Shown here piece by piece: positions 45,971 through 56,500 of a stretch of DNA of 64,000 nucleotides (positions are counted from its first letter, which is position 1; each line of letters begins with the position of its first letter). Made by a program: the position numbers and the translations under genes. The notes below the pieces were generated by a model. The model did no database searches, was not told where the DNA came from, and saw only the letters and a list, made by a program, of their open reading frames with translations. The stretch spans positions 186,001 through 250,000 of the IMG/VR virus record IMGVR_UViG_3300023202_000247, one strand, 5' to 3'.

Positions 45971-47575
45971 ATGTCGTGCTTTCATCCGCTTCCAGTATAT
46001 GCCAATGACAAGATAAAAGGCATCCAATTCGCCGGCTCCAGAGGAGATGGTTACACCATTGATCTACGTTGGGCTCAGGCAAAGCCTAGTCTAACTGGCT
46101 ATTCCGTTGCTTACAATATATATTGGTCTACAAATCGAGAAGATGTATTTTCCGATGGTGTAAAGTTCGTCATTACAGATGCTAGTGCGACAACGGTTTC
46201 CATTGGTGGATTTACACCTGGAGATGTATACTATTTTGCCGTGCGCGCTACGATGTATCAAAGCGAGTTGTATAGCTTATCGCAACTAACAGTAACTCCA
46301 GACGGATGTCAGATTTACCCAGAGGCTCCGCTTACATCCGATATAACAGCTGACTCTTTACTTGTTCCCATTGATGATATCGATTTATTTCCTGCTACTG
46401 GCATCGTTCAAATCGGTGCGGAATTCATCAGGTATACATCAAAAGATATGCCGGCCGGCAACCTAATTGTTGGAAGTCCGTCGAATAGGGGATTTTACGG
46501 TACTGATCCTAGGCTTCATACAATAGACGGATATGATGGTTATCGTACATATGATAACCCATTTGTAAGATTCTTTTCTGGATTTGATGATTTGAACATT
46601 GGCGTTCAACTCGAAGAGAATAAATTTGACTATCCGAATTATGCTCGTACCGATGCTGATGGTTACAGAGTTCGTAAAGATATTTTAACGACAGACCTTT
46701 CGAGCACTGATGCTGATCAGGAAGGTTTTCCTGCTTTTGACTTTGCTGGATGGTATAGAAATGATCCTCGAGATATTTTGGATGGTAAGTGCGTTGGTTC
46801 ATACTTTGGTGGAGAATATAACTGCGCTGATGGGTATGGGGGCATTGGACGTCGTGTTCGTGGTTACAGTGTTGATGATGTAAATAATATGCGTGAAGAG
46901 GTTCTTCTTCAAAACACAGGCGAACCTGTTGTGCTTGTTCGTAGACTATGGAAGGGAATTACATGTTCATGTGTAAACTCTTCCCGAGAAACACCAGAAT
47001 ACAGATGCGCTTGTTGTTTCGGTACCGGTTTGGTAACCGGATACGAACAGTTTTACAATCCGCGTCGTAGTGACGGACGTATATTGGTTCGCTTCGATCC
47101 AGCTGTTGAAAATTTCACCCGTAACGAACCTGGCCTAGAAAACGAATACAAACCAAACTCTTGGACTCTTAGTATTCCATCTATAAAAGATGGAGACTTT
47201 TTAATTCGTTTTAATAAAGATGGAACTGAAGAATTTAGATATGAAGTTTTAGATGTAACTAGAAATAAGATAGTTGAAAACAATTATGGTAGACAACAGT
47301 TATCTCTTACTAGAGTTCGTAAAACAGACCCTATTTATATGTGGAGATCAATTAGGGATACATCTACTATGCCACAAGAGTTGATGACGACATTGGGAAT
47401 GGTTCCTGGTCCTGGTGGTATTCCTCCGCACACACACACTATAGTTATAAATGAAAATATAGTTTCATTGGTTCAAATAAATCAAACAACTAGTGTAGAT
47501 CAGGACCATAATCATCCTATAGAGAACGGTGTTGTGATTCCGGTGTTGGGGCACCAGCATTTGATCATTTTATAA
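45971..47575 (+). CDS. putative neck/head-closure protein with FN3-like N-terminus and Zn finger
   Basis: AYNIYWS..YYFAVRA (FN3-like); CSC..CACCFGTG..GY; His-rich C-terminus. Confidence 0.6.
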   Translation: MSCFHPLPVYANDKIKGIQFAGSRGDGYTIDLRWAQAKPSLTGYSVAYNIYWSTNREDVFSDGVKFVITDASATTVSIGGFTPGDVYYFAVRATMYQSELYSLSQLTVTPDGCQIYPEAPLTSDITADSLLVPIDDIDLFPATGIVQIGAEFIRYTSKDMPAGNLIVGSPSNRGFYGTDPRLHTIDGYDGYRTYDNPFVRFFSGFDDLNIGVQLEENKFDYPNYARTDADGYRVRKDILTTDLSSTDADQEGFPAFDFAGWYRNDPRDILDGKCVGSYFGGEYNCADGYGGIGRRVRGYSVDDVNNMREEVLLQNTGEPVVLVRRLWKGITCSCVNSSRETPEYRCACCFGTGLVTGYEQFYNPRRSDGRILVRFDPAVENFTRNEPGLENEYKPNSWTLSIPSIKDGDFLIRFNKDGTEEFRYEVLDVTRNKIVENNYGRQQLSLTRVRKTDPIYMWRSIRDTSTMPQELMTTLGMVPGPGGIPPHTHTIVINENIVSLVQINQTTSVDQDHNHPIENGVVIPVLGHQHLIIL

Positions 47576-47601
47576 TTTTTTTTGATATATACCTTCATGA
47601 C

Positions 47602-47994
47602 ATGAAAAATAAAAACAAAATAAAAGCACAAAGAGCATATTTCAAATATTATTTGGACAATCCAGGAAGACAGGCTGGTCATACAACTAGAATGCTGGAT
47701 TCCGCAGCAGACATTTTAAGGGACGGGAAAAGATGTGCAATCATAACACACAGCATTGATAATGCCAAAAGATTAAGAAGTCTTTTAAACAAACGAACAT
47801 CTTTCTTCGAGTATCCAAAAGAAAATTTGAGAGTATTGTCTTTATCAGAATATAATAGATTGAAAGGGTTACAGCAGTATATCCTTCTTTTTGACAATGT
47901 TGCCTTATCAGCATTGTTTGAAGATGTTAAAGAGAAAGAATGCGATCAGGCATTCTACATAGAAGCAACATCTAAGAATTCATCAGAGCTTTGA
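47602..47994 (+). CDS. small degenerate P-loop-like protein
   Basis: GRQAGHTT and LLFDN resemble decayed Walker A and B motifs. Confidence 0.45.
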   Translation: MKNKNKIKAQRAYFKYYLDNPGRQAGHTTRMLDSAADILRDGKRCAIITHSIDNAKRLRSLLNKRTSFFEYPKENLRVLSLSEYNRLKGLQQYILLFDNVALSALFEDVKEKECDQAFYIEATSKNSSEL

Positions 47995-48184
47995 AGGTGA
48001 TGTTACAGTAGATAAATACAAAAATCTTGTTAAATTCGAAAGTCTCTTGCAAGACCGTTTTATTGGAGAAACTATTTGTGCTTTAAGTAAATTACTTGAT
48101 ACTGAAGATGAAACTGAATTCAATGATAAAATTAACCAAATATTTTACGATTGATAACATTTGGTGATATTTACACATTTTTAT

Positions 48185-48865
48185 GTGAAAAGTAATCTTC
48201 TAAAACTGCTTGATATTTATCAAAGATTAGTATCTGAAGCGGTTGCGACTCCTGAAGCTCCAGAGTGGGCACCGTTCGGCGAATATGCTTGGGCACCTCA
48301 TCGAGAAGGAGTGCCCGCTGAGCCAGACAATGCCTTGGAAAAAATCATATTTAAACAGTTGAGCGATCATTTTGGTGATTATCACAATCGTCGAAATGGT
48401 TTGCCACAGATGACATCCAATTTTTTGCTGACGTTGGTTGAGACTGGTTGGTACAAAAAAGTATTGCATCCTCCTCCGCACAAGACATTGTATCGTGGGT
48501 TATTCTTCAAAACATCAAAAGAATTGGCAAAATTTCTCGGCATAACTGAAACTGAGGTTAAAGAGGAAAAATGCAAAGTTTTTGTGCCACCAAAGGTATT
48601 TAAAAACAAAAATGGCTGGAGCACATCTTGGTCATATAAGAAAAACGTGACGCGCGATTTTTCAGAGTCTGGCAAAAAAGGTTGGGCAATAACATTAATT
48701 GCTGATGTCAAAGACAATCCAAACAGATTTCTTGCAGGGCCTGGAGGCTTGTATGATGTGCGTGGTATAAGTGAATTTCACTTGGAAAAGGAAACTGTGG
48801 GGCTCGAGCCGATAAATGTTAGGCGTGTAGAGTGGAAAGAAATTAATAAATTAAAGAAATATTGA
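48185..48865 (+). CDS. putative ADP-ribosyltransferase (R-S-E type)
   Basis: LYRGL, STSWS and EKE in the expected order; likely GTG start at 48185. Confidence 0.6.
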   Translation: MKSNLLKLLDIYQRLVSEAVATPEAPEWAPFGEYAWAPHREGVPAEPDNALEKIIFKQLSDHFGDYHNRRNGLPQMTSNFLLTLVETGWYKKVLHPPPHKTLYRGLFFKTSKELAKFLGITETEVKEEKCKVFVPPKVFKNKNGWSTSWSYKKNVTRDFSESGKKGWAITLIADVKDNPNRFLAGPGGLYDVRGISEFHLEKETVGLEPINVRRVEWKEINKLKKY

Positions 48866-48890
48866 ATCAATATCAAAGCATAAGATTGTT

Positions 48891-49505
48891 ATGAAAAAAG
48901 TTTATAAATTAGCAGCAATTTTCGCAAAATTGGCTCAAACTTTTGAAGATGAGTATGAAACTCCTGAAAGCGAACTTGATTTTCAAGAACACATCGATGA
49001 AACATTCGAGCATAACAAAGAAGTGGATCCTTCGATGCAAGAATTTGAGCTGGGAGAAGTTCCAAATTCTTTGAATGAATCTTTAAATTCAGCAATTGCT
49101 CCTTTGATGGGTTTTTATAGAGGCTCAGATTTAGAAGCCCATCCTGGAAGTACGCGCGAAGGAAACTCTCAAACGATGGGGCTTCTCGGCTTGATAAACG
49201 ATTATGCCGGAAAGCTTTTGGAAAAAATTGATAGCGATGATGGATTTGATAATGATGAGTCCGATGATGTTTCTGTTATAACGGGTACTATTGCACATTT
49301 AAATGAATTATCAGAAAAACTAGAATTAAAATTTGGAGACCCGAGTAAGTTTTGGTCTTCATTAAAGGGTATTGATTTGAGTTATTTAAATACTACGAAT
49401 CCAAACTCAAAATTTTTAGAATTTAAAAAATTCACAGAAGTAGAAGTTAATCCTGGATTGGTTCAGATTGTTATGAGTTTAGAGTCTAAGCTTGATGATG
49501 AATAA
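48891..49505 (+). CDS. acidic hypothetical protein with N-terminal KVYKLAAIFAKLAQ tag
   Basis: 204 aa ORF. Confidence 0.6.
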   Translation: MKKVYKLAAIFAKLAQTFEDEYETPESELDFQEHIDETFEHNKEVDPSMQEFELGEVPNSLNESLNSAIAPLMGFYRGSDLEAHPGSTREGNSQTMGLLGLINDYAGKLLEKIDSDDGFDNDESDDVSVITGTIAHLNELSEKLELKFGDPSKFWSSLKGIDLSYLNTTNPNSKFLEFKKFTEVEVNPGLVQIVMSLESKLDDE

Positions 49506-49519
49506 TTTACCATAATCGT

Positions 49520-52500
49520 ATGGTAAAGAAATTCATAGGTTCCGGCCGTGCCAGAGAGGGTGGCTTGGCAGCGGTACATCGCCAAGATTTCAAGGCTCAC
49601 ACGACCGGCGGTGATTGGCGTCACAAAGCCAAACAGATCGACATGAGTCCTGGTATCAGCACGTTCAACAACGTGTTCAATTCCTCGACGGTTCAAGGAA
49701 CCTTGGAGAAAATGGCCAGCGTCATCAGCACGCTCGGACAAGGTTATATCACCATTGGTGATGGTTATGATACTGGCATATACAACGCACCACCATTGGA
49801 TCAAGCATTTGCTGATGCTCTAACAAATTCACGTTTGCAAAGTGGCGGCGTTATTCTTGTTAAAGCTGGTGTTTATTATTTGAGTGAAACTGTAAACATA
49901 CCAGCTGGAATAACCGTAATGGGCGAGCCAGGAGGAACATACATTTTTGGTCAAATGAATGAAAAGCCAATGTTTCATTTGAGAACCGGAAATGATAGAT
50001 TCAACTTGGCCGGCGGTTCTTTTGGTACCATTCGTAATGTTGAGCCAATTGATCAGATTAAATTTTACAATCTAGTACTTGGTGACAATACAGATGGCTA
50101 TTTCGAATCTAGTGGCGTTGCAATTCCGACAATGACAACTACTGGTTTTCTAGAGTGTGAAGTTGGATCCAATGTTGTTGTTGAGGATTGTACGTTTTTA
50201 GGAAGGGTAAATCCAACGTTTCCACCATTAGAAATTACGAAGCGCGGCATTTTCTATGCTGGGACAAACCCTGGTAAACCAACAGCACTGTTCGTCAAAG
50301 ATTGTTATTTTGATATGCTTCAGAGTGCTGTTGAGTTCGATGGTCCAACGGAAGGTAATACTGACTCTCTTCGTGTCGAAAGTTGCCGTGCAAGATTGTT
50401 TGGAGATACTACGAGCAGCAACAGGGAAGACGTTTGTTTCGTATCTTTCAATCTGTGTAATGCTCACTTTGAAAGCAACTTACATACAGCTGCATCAAAT
50501 AACTTTCAAACAACATGTTTTTACTTGAAAAATACAGTTGTTTCTAATCCAGAACGTGTACGTGTTAGCATGGTAAACAACACTGGCGGAATTACCAATA
50601 GCACATCAACATATTCCACAAATGAGCTTTTAAATTTCTTTTACAATGATTATACTACAACTGATTTTGAAGCTGTAAAGATAGGTAATAGTTGGGGTAG
50701 AGATTATAATAGTTCTTGGTTTTTCACCGTTGGAGATGGAACAAGCAGCGTTGGCGATCTCAATGGATCAAATGCTTTGGAAATTGCATTTCAACGTTCC
50801 GATATTGGAAATATCACAACGGGTGAGGGAACCCAGGATGTTTGCATAGTAAATCCTGGTACTTACACGTTGACAACCGGTGGAACTTCCAACATGATCA
50901 AACTAGTTGGAAACGACCGTAACGGTGTAAAACCAGTTATAAATTTAAACTCTGGTAGTGGGACTGATGCTAATAGTAATCCAACAACATCAGTTGGTCA
51001 TTTGGTGAAGAATATTGAATTTGCATCAAATGGTGCAAGTTTCAATACGATTACTGTGATTGCAGGTTCTACATCTTCAAATAGATATGCGCTGGTTGAA
51101 AATTGTAAGTTCAGCAATTCTGGTATAGATTTTGATGGAATGAATGGAAGCATAGACAATGTCGTTGATATTGAAGTAAAAGATACTCAATTTGATCAGG
51201 ATGGAACGTACAACGATAATATCGGAATGTATTCTTCTGGAAATGCTTCAAGCATTTTGCTCGAACGTTGTAGCTTCACAAATCTCGGTTATGCGTTGCA
51301 AATATCTAGTGGGTCATCTGTGCGTGATAGTCAAATCACATTGAGAGATTGTAATTTAAATCAAAACCCATATTCAACACCTGCTGAAAAAATTGGAAAT
51401 GCTAGTCCGTCAGGCAATGACAATTATGTATACATAAGCGATACGAATGCAAGAGTGTTGTTGGAAAACACTACCATATTGTGTAACGCACCAGGATTCT
51501 TTTCTACATCCAGGATAAATTCATCATTGGCAGTTTTAGGAGATTTTGATAAGTATATTTATATATTTGCAAGAGATATTATAATTGAAAGTTCTGAGCT
51601 GACAGGACCAGCTCAAACATTTTCCGATGGTGGAACACCATATGCATTACCAACGTTGAGCGTGACACCCGGAAGGTTTTTAACCGTTTCCAACTCTGAT
51701 TTGACTGGTTCTCTTGCATTGCAACTAACAGGTTCTGCTTTTACAAATATTGGCGGAACAGATACAACTGGTATCAAGTTTCATAATTCTAGGTTTAATG
51801 GAACCGGTCTTGGAAGTGTTGATGGAACGTGTGTCGATTTGGATTGTCCAGATTATGTGGTTGGTTCCAGCGATTTTAGAAGACCAACCATATCTATAAG
51901 CAATTGCTTCGTAGATAACAAAAATGGATCAAACACTGGTTTGGGAGTTCGCCATACGAATCAGACTACTGCCAAAGGGTATGATGCCGGTGGTGCTTTG
52001 CAAGTATATGCTCCTGGATGGCAAGTTTTTTGTGATAGCATGTATTGTGCTGCGGAATTTAACGGAACTTCCACAGCAACAGGTATCGTTCAGCTTGGCG
52101 CAGCTGTTTTTGATGTTATAGGTGATGCATCAACGGCCAACTTCAATTTTGCTTCGGTAGAGTTGTCCAATAATGAATTTTTACTTGATAGGTTTGCAAG
52201 CGCTGGTTTGGCAGAAAGCACCAATGTCGTTACGAGAGCACCATATATAAACATCAATGGTAATTCGTTTTTCAGAGATCCAAATGCTTCTAGCGCAACC
52301 AATCCAAATAATTATCTGGAAATTTGGAACAATCCTGTATCCACTGGTGGATCGGGTTGTACCGTCACCGGAAATATATTTAGCAATAGAAACGCTACTG
52401 GTGGTCTCGGACTACAAGCAATATTCGTTGCATCTGGAAGTGGTGAGAATGGAATCATAACAGATAATGTTTTTGACTCACCTTATGTTAATAGCACCAG

Positions 52501-53080
52501 TGTTACAACTTTGATAACTGGTGATTTGACCGGGTGGATTGTTGAAAGAAACAAAAACCAAACGGTAACCACCGAAATTCGTACGGGTTCCGTTGGAACG
52601 CATGCTGTTCACAACCCGTTGAACGATCCATTATTTGTTGGTTCCGGAGTTGTAGACCTCAACTTCCGTGGTGTTGATGGTGATGAAAGTGTGATAAATC
52701 CAATGACCATAAATTTTCTGAGCAGCGGTTCTGTTTTGAGAGCTTTATGGTCGGTATCACTCAACGATGTTCTTCCAAATGATACATACGTTGTTAGTTT
52801 GAATATCAATACGAGATGTACCGTGAACCCAACAGACGGAGATGCAACTCTTTCGTTGGCCAATCAGGGTTCATCCACTTTAACTGATACTGTGGATTTT
52901 ACATCAGGAGCTGGTTATACACCAGCTGCGGTTGAAAACCTCATAATCACACCAGGCACACCCACGGATTATAGAATTTCAGCCTCGGAGCAAACTACGG
53001 TTATTTTTGCAGCTGATGGTCAAGACGGTTCCAACTTTATTATATATGGCGGAAACCTTTCGATAACATATAGATGGTAA
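49520..53080 (+). CDS. large beta-helix (pectin-lyase-like) fibre/spike protein
   Basis: GGVILVKAGVYYLSETVNIPAGITVMG; many N/S/T-rich beta-helix rungs; two ITIGDG/FTVGDG units. Confidence 0.75.
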   Translation: MVKKFIGSGRAREGGLAAVHRQDFKAHTTGGDWRHKAKQIDMSPGISTFNNVFNSSTVQGTLEKMASVISTLGQGYITIGDGYDTGIYNAPPLDQAFADALTNSRLQSGGVILVKAGVYYLSETVNIPAGITVMGEPGGTYIFGQMNEKPMFHLRTGNDRFNLAGGSFGTIRNVEPIDQIKFYNLVLGDNTDGYFESSGVAIPTMTTTGFLECEVGSNVVVEDCTFLGRVNPTFPPLEITKRGIFYAGTNPGKPTALFVKDCYFDMLQSAVEFDGPTEGNTDSLRVESCRARLFGDTTSSNREDVCFVSFNLCNAHFESNLHTAASNNFQTTCFYLKNTVVSNPERVRVSMVNNTGGITNSTSTYSTNELLNFFYNDYTTTDFEAVKIGNSWGRDYNSSWFFTVGDGTSSVGDLNGSNALEIAFQRSDIGNITTGEGTQDVCIVNPGTYTLTTGGTSNMIKLVGNDRNGVKPVINLNSGSGTDANSNPTTSVGHLVKNIEFASNGASFNTITVIAGSTSSNRYALVENCKFSNSGIDFDGMNGSIDNVVDIEVKDTQFDQDGTYNDNIGMYSSGNASSILLERCSFTNLGYALQISSGSSVRDSQITLRDCNLNQNPYSTPAEKIGNASPSGNDNYVYISDTNARVLLENTTILCNAPGFFSTSRINSSLAVLGDFDKYIYIFARDIIIESSELTGPAQTFSDGGTPYALPTLSVTPGRFLTVSNSDLTGSLALQLTGSAFTNIGGTDTTGIKFHNSRFNGTGLGSVDGTCVDLDCPDYVVGSSDFRRPTISISNCFVDNKNGSNTGLGVRHTNQTTAKGYDAGGALQVYAPGWQVFCDSMYCAAEFNGTSTATGIVQLGAAVFDVIGDASTANFNFASVELSNNEFLLDRFASAGLAESTNVVTRAPYININGNSFFRDPNASSATNPNNYLEIWNNPVSTGGSGCTVTGNIFSNRNATGGLGLQAIFVASGSGENGIITDNVFDSPYVNSTSVTTLITGDLTGWIVERNKNQTVTTEIRTGSVGTHAVHNPLNDPLFVGSGVVDLNFRGVDGDESVINPMTINFLSSGSVLRALWSVSLNDVLPNDTYVVSLNINTRCTVNPTDGDATLSLANQGSSTLTDTVDFTSGAGYTPAAVENLIITPGTPTDYRISASEQTTVIFAADGQDGSNFIIYGGNLSITYRW

Positions 53081-53116
53081 GCTCGGCATAATCATATATC
53101 TAATTGAGGTAAAAAT

Positions 53117-53494
53117 ATGGATAATCTCTCACAGCTATTAACTCTTGCAAACTTCGTTTTCGCTTTGATAATTTGGGCTCTGGTTTGGGTTCAAAGGAAA
53201 GTGGTGAAATTTTTCTGGAAAGATGCAGAAAATAATAAATATTGGAGAGAGCTTCTTTTACCGCTGGGACCACTTTTTACAGGTGGTTTCTTGGGTCTTT
53301 TGGTTACGAACTATCCATATCCAGAAGATTTCAGTAGCGGTCCTGCAAGAGTTTTCTTTGGTATTGTTTGTGGTTTGCTCAGTGCACATCTATACAAGAT
53401 GGTCAAAGGATTCGTTAAAAAGAAGTTGGAAGAGGCAAATGACGGACAGGGTCCAGATTTGCTTCCAGAGTTAACTGATAAATCTGAAAAGTAA
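53117..53494 (+). CDS. membrane protein with about 3 TM helices (holin-like)
   Basis: Three hydrophobic segments, charged C-terminus, GAGG SD. Confidence 0.55.
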   Translation: MDNLSQLLTLANFVFALIIWALVWVQRKVVKFFWKDAENNKYWRELLLPLGPLFTGGFLGLLVTNYPYPEDFSSGPARVFFGIVCGLLSAHLYKMVKGFVKKKLEEANDGQGPDLLPELTDKSEK

Positions 53495-53503
53495 AGGTAA
53501 TAC

Positions 53504-56500
53504 ATGACGGTTTACCCGTTTGATTTCGATGATGATGAGACAATCATCAGAATCGATGATAACATCAGCCAGCTTGGTGGCACAGCAATAAACCAGATTC
53601 GTGATGCTATTTTTGCGATGCAGCAAGAATATGGCATCAATCCCGCTGGTAGCGCTGGAAGTGTAGCTAATAGACTAAATAAAAGCCTAGATGCAAATGG
53701 AAACATAAAGGCATCTGCTCTTACGTCCATAGGCTTAGCTACACTTCCAATAGTTGACAATCAAGTTGCATCCAATGCCGGAATAAAAGAAACAAAATTG
53801 TCATTGGATTTTAGCACCGGTGACTTGAAAACTCTAATAACGACAAACAAAGCGTTAATTGACTCATTAGTTACTTTTACATCAACAACTAACGGTAACT
53901 TACTTACACACATAGCTGGTGGTACACTTCTTGCAAATGGAGACCCAGCTCGTCACGTTGCCAGTCAGATTGATTTGAATGTAGTTCCAACGGATCCTAG
54001 AGATACATCGTATTCATGGACCGGCCTATTGGATAAGGATGGTATTCAACGTGCGGCGACACAGGTTGCCCAAGCATTGCTTTTGATAAACAATGCGTTG
54101 GTAACACACGAAAATCTTATATCAAATGGTGAGGCTCATCCGGCAGCAGCTATCAGTGTTGATACTGATCCATTTACTGAAATTCCGGTAACAGCCACTA
54201 CGGTTCAGTCGGCATTGGAAGCGATTGATGATTCCGATCGTTTGACGATGGGTGTTCACAGAGCAAGCATGCACTCGAATGGAGTGATGAAAGAGGTTCG
54301 CAGTGAATCACTCGTATTACCAGATGGTTACAGTCAAAATATCGTTCCACCAACACCGGTAAGTGCCTTCTTGGTAAAGTCACCAGCAAACACGCCCATA
54401 GACAACAATGTCACTGGTGATGACGTTGTTGTATTTAATCCAAATAATAGTGGATTTATATTTGACGGATATTTTGCAGCAGTACAGCCAGGCGATTATC
54501 TACGCATCAATTATGGTGACGGTTTCGAAGCTCTTTACATGATTGAGTCCAAGCGCTTTCAGCCAGATACGGAATGGGTTGTTAGACTCAACGGTGTCAA
54601 TATATCGAGTACGGATGGTTATGATGGCTATGCTAGAATAGATAGACGCTTGTATGACAATAACACCGCTGGTGTTCTTGCATGTGCAGCTGCAAATAAT
54701 GATATAGACAGTTCCATTCGTGGTAGCGTTGTAGTTGGAAATCCAAGAGCTGCAAATGCTTTGGGCATAGGGTTCGAACCAAACCAGCTCGATGCAGATC
54801 ATTACAAACTTTACCTACATTTATACCCATCTGGAAATCCAGTAGATAAGGTAATTGAACTTCCAGCTATCGATGTTACTGGTAACGCCGGTGCAACACC
54901 TGGACAGTATACGCTCGAAAGAGTTGTTGCGGCAACCAATGATGGTTTGAGAGCAGCTGGTTATAATTATAGATTCCTTGCATATGGTCACAATGGTGAA
55001 TTTGGTATCATGTTAACTGATACTATAAATAATGCAGGCTTTTCAATAGTTAGCGGTATTCTCTCTGGTGCTACATTGGGAATAGGTTCGTTTACTGAAA
55101 ATGTGGTTGGAGATGCCAATGATGGATTGGATCCATTGGGCTTCGGTAGTTCCAGGGCAGGCATTGCAAGTCCGAAGTTTACACCAACGTTTAGTAGTGA
55201 ACTTGGTGCGGCAAATCTTCCGACCATTGTTATTCCGCCATTAAAAAATAGATTTTATGTTGCAGATGGAACAAGGCTCGACACATTTGCAGACACATAC
55301 CTTGCAAATGAAGATGGCTACTGGGATGCAAATCTAACCGCTCGCACTCCAGTTGGAACTACAACTGTTGAAGTTACATATATCGTAGAACTCGGATTAG
55401 AAGCAGCAGGTCTTGCCCCTGGTAAAACAATTACAGTTGCTCCAGCGGTTGATTTTGATAACTCGCTTTATCGTGATGTTGATTATGGTAGATTCATAAT
55501 CAAAGATGTTACATTTCCAAAGCCATGCCCACCAGGATCGGACGGCCAAACTATCATTACGGTTATAAATGGTATTCATGCTGCGGCAGCTCCGGTGACA
55601 ACTTCGTCATCACCAACTGTACCGGTTAGATTGTATTTTGGTGAAGATTCGGTTGGATTCAATGAGTTGAATATCATAAACAATGTCCAACCGGGCGTTG
55701 ACTATTTGAGATATCATGAAGTTTATATAGATAAAAATGGTAATACATTTAGTCATGAGCGTGCTCGATTGCCAGAGCAAGATGAAAGCTCAGAGCTTTT
55801 GGAAACAAACTCTAATTGGACCATCAAAAACGTTTCACCAAAGTTACTTGGTTGGCGTGATAGCAGCACATCGTCTTCATTTAGACGCTATGTTAGATTT
55901 TATGTATTAGATTATGATACAATTAGCGGAGAGTTTGACGGCTATATTGGTAGACGTGTTAGTGGATCGCCAAATGTAACCGATACTGGCCCAGTTGTTA
56001 GAGCGCGTAAGAATCAAACCACTCGATTCTATGATGGGTCAAATATAGATTTTGTAGAATTGGAGTTCTTTGATGATGACGTTTCACCCGGAACCGATAT
56101 CATGTTAACATCATCACCAAGATATGTTGATATAGAGTTGTTTCCAAGCTTAGCACTGGATGATGAACTCTTCTTGCTGGCCAGTTGTGAAGTAGAAGAC
56201 AATGTTGTTCAGTGTGTTACGGACCGTAGAGAATTTGGAAACACGAGTGAACAGAACTTTACAGAATCTGCCAAGAATTTCATAGAAGCTGGAGAACGTT
56301 ATCTACATGCGAATGGTGTGATTCGTGGACTTGGGTTCCGTGGAACGGATTCTAGCAACGATGGAGTGCTGTTGTTCGATGGTGGACTTGCAGTTGTTAA
56401 CGGAAAATTTATAGCTATTAACTCTCAAAGTGTTGAGATACCACAAATCAGTGAAGATGGTGTGTCACTACCGGATCAGGTTGACTGGGCAATATGTATC

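Noticed and set aside
47995-48160. Possible small gene between 47602 and the ART-like gene
   Set aside because: Only short broken frames without a convincing start; at most a decayed remnant.
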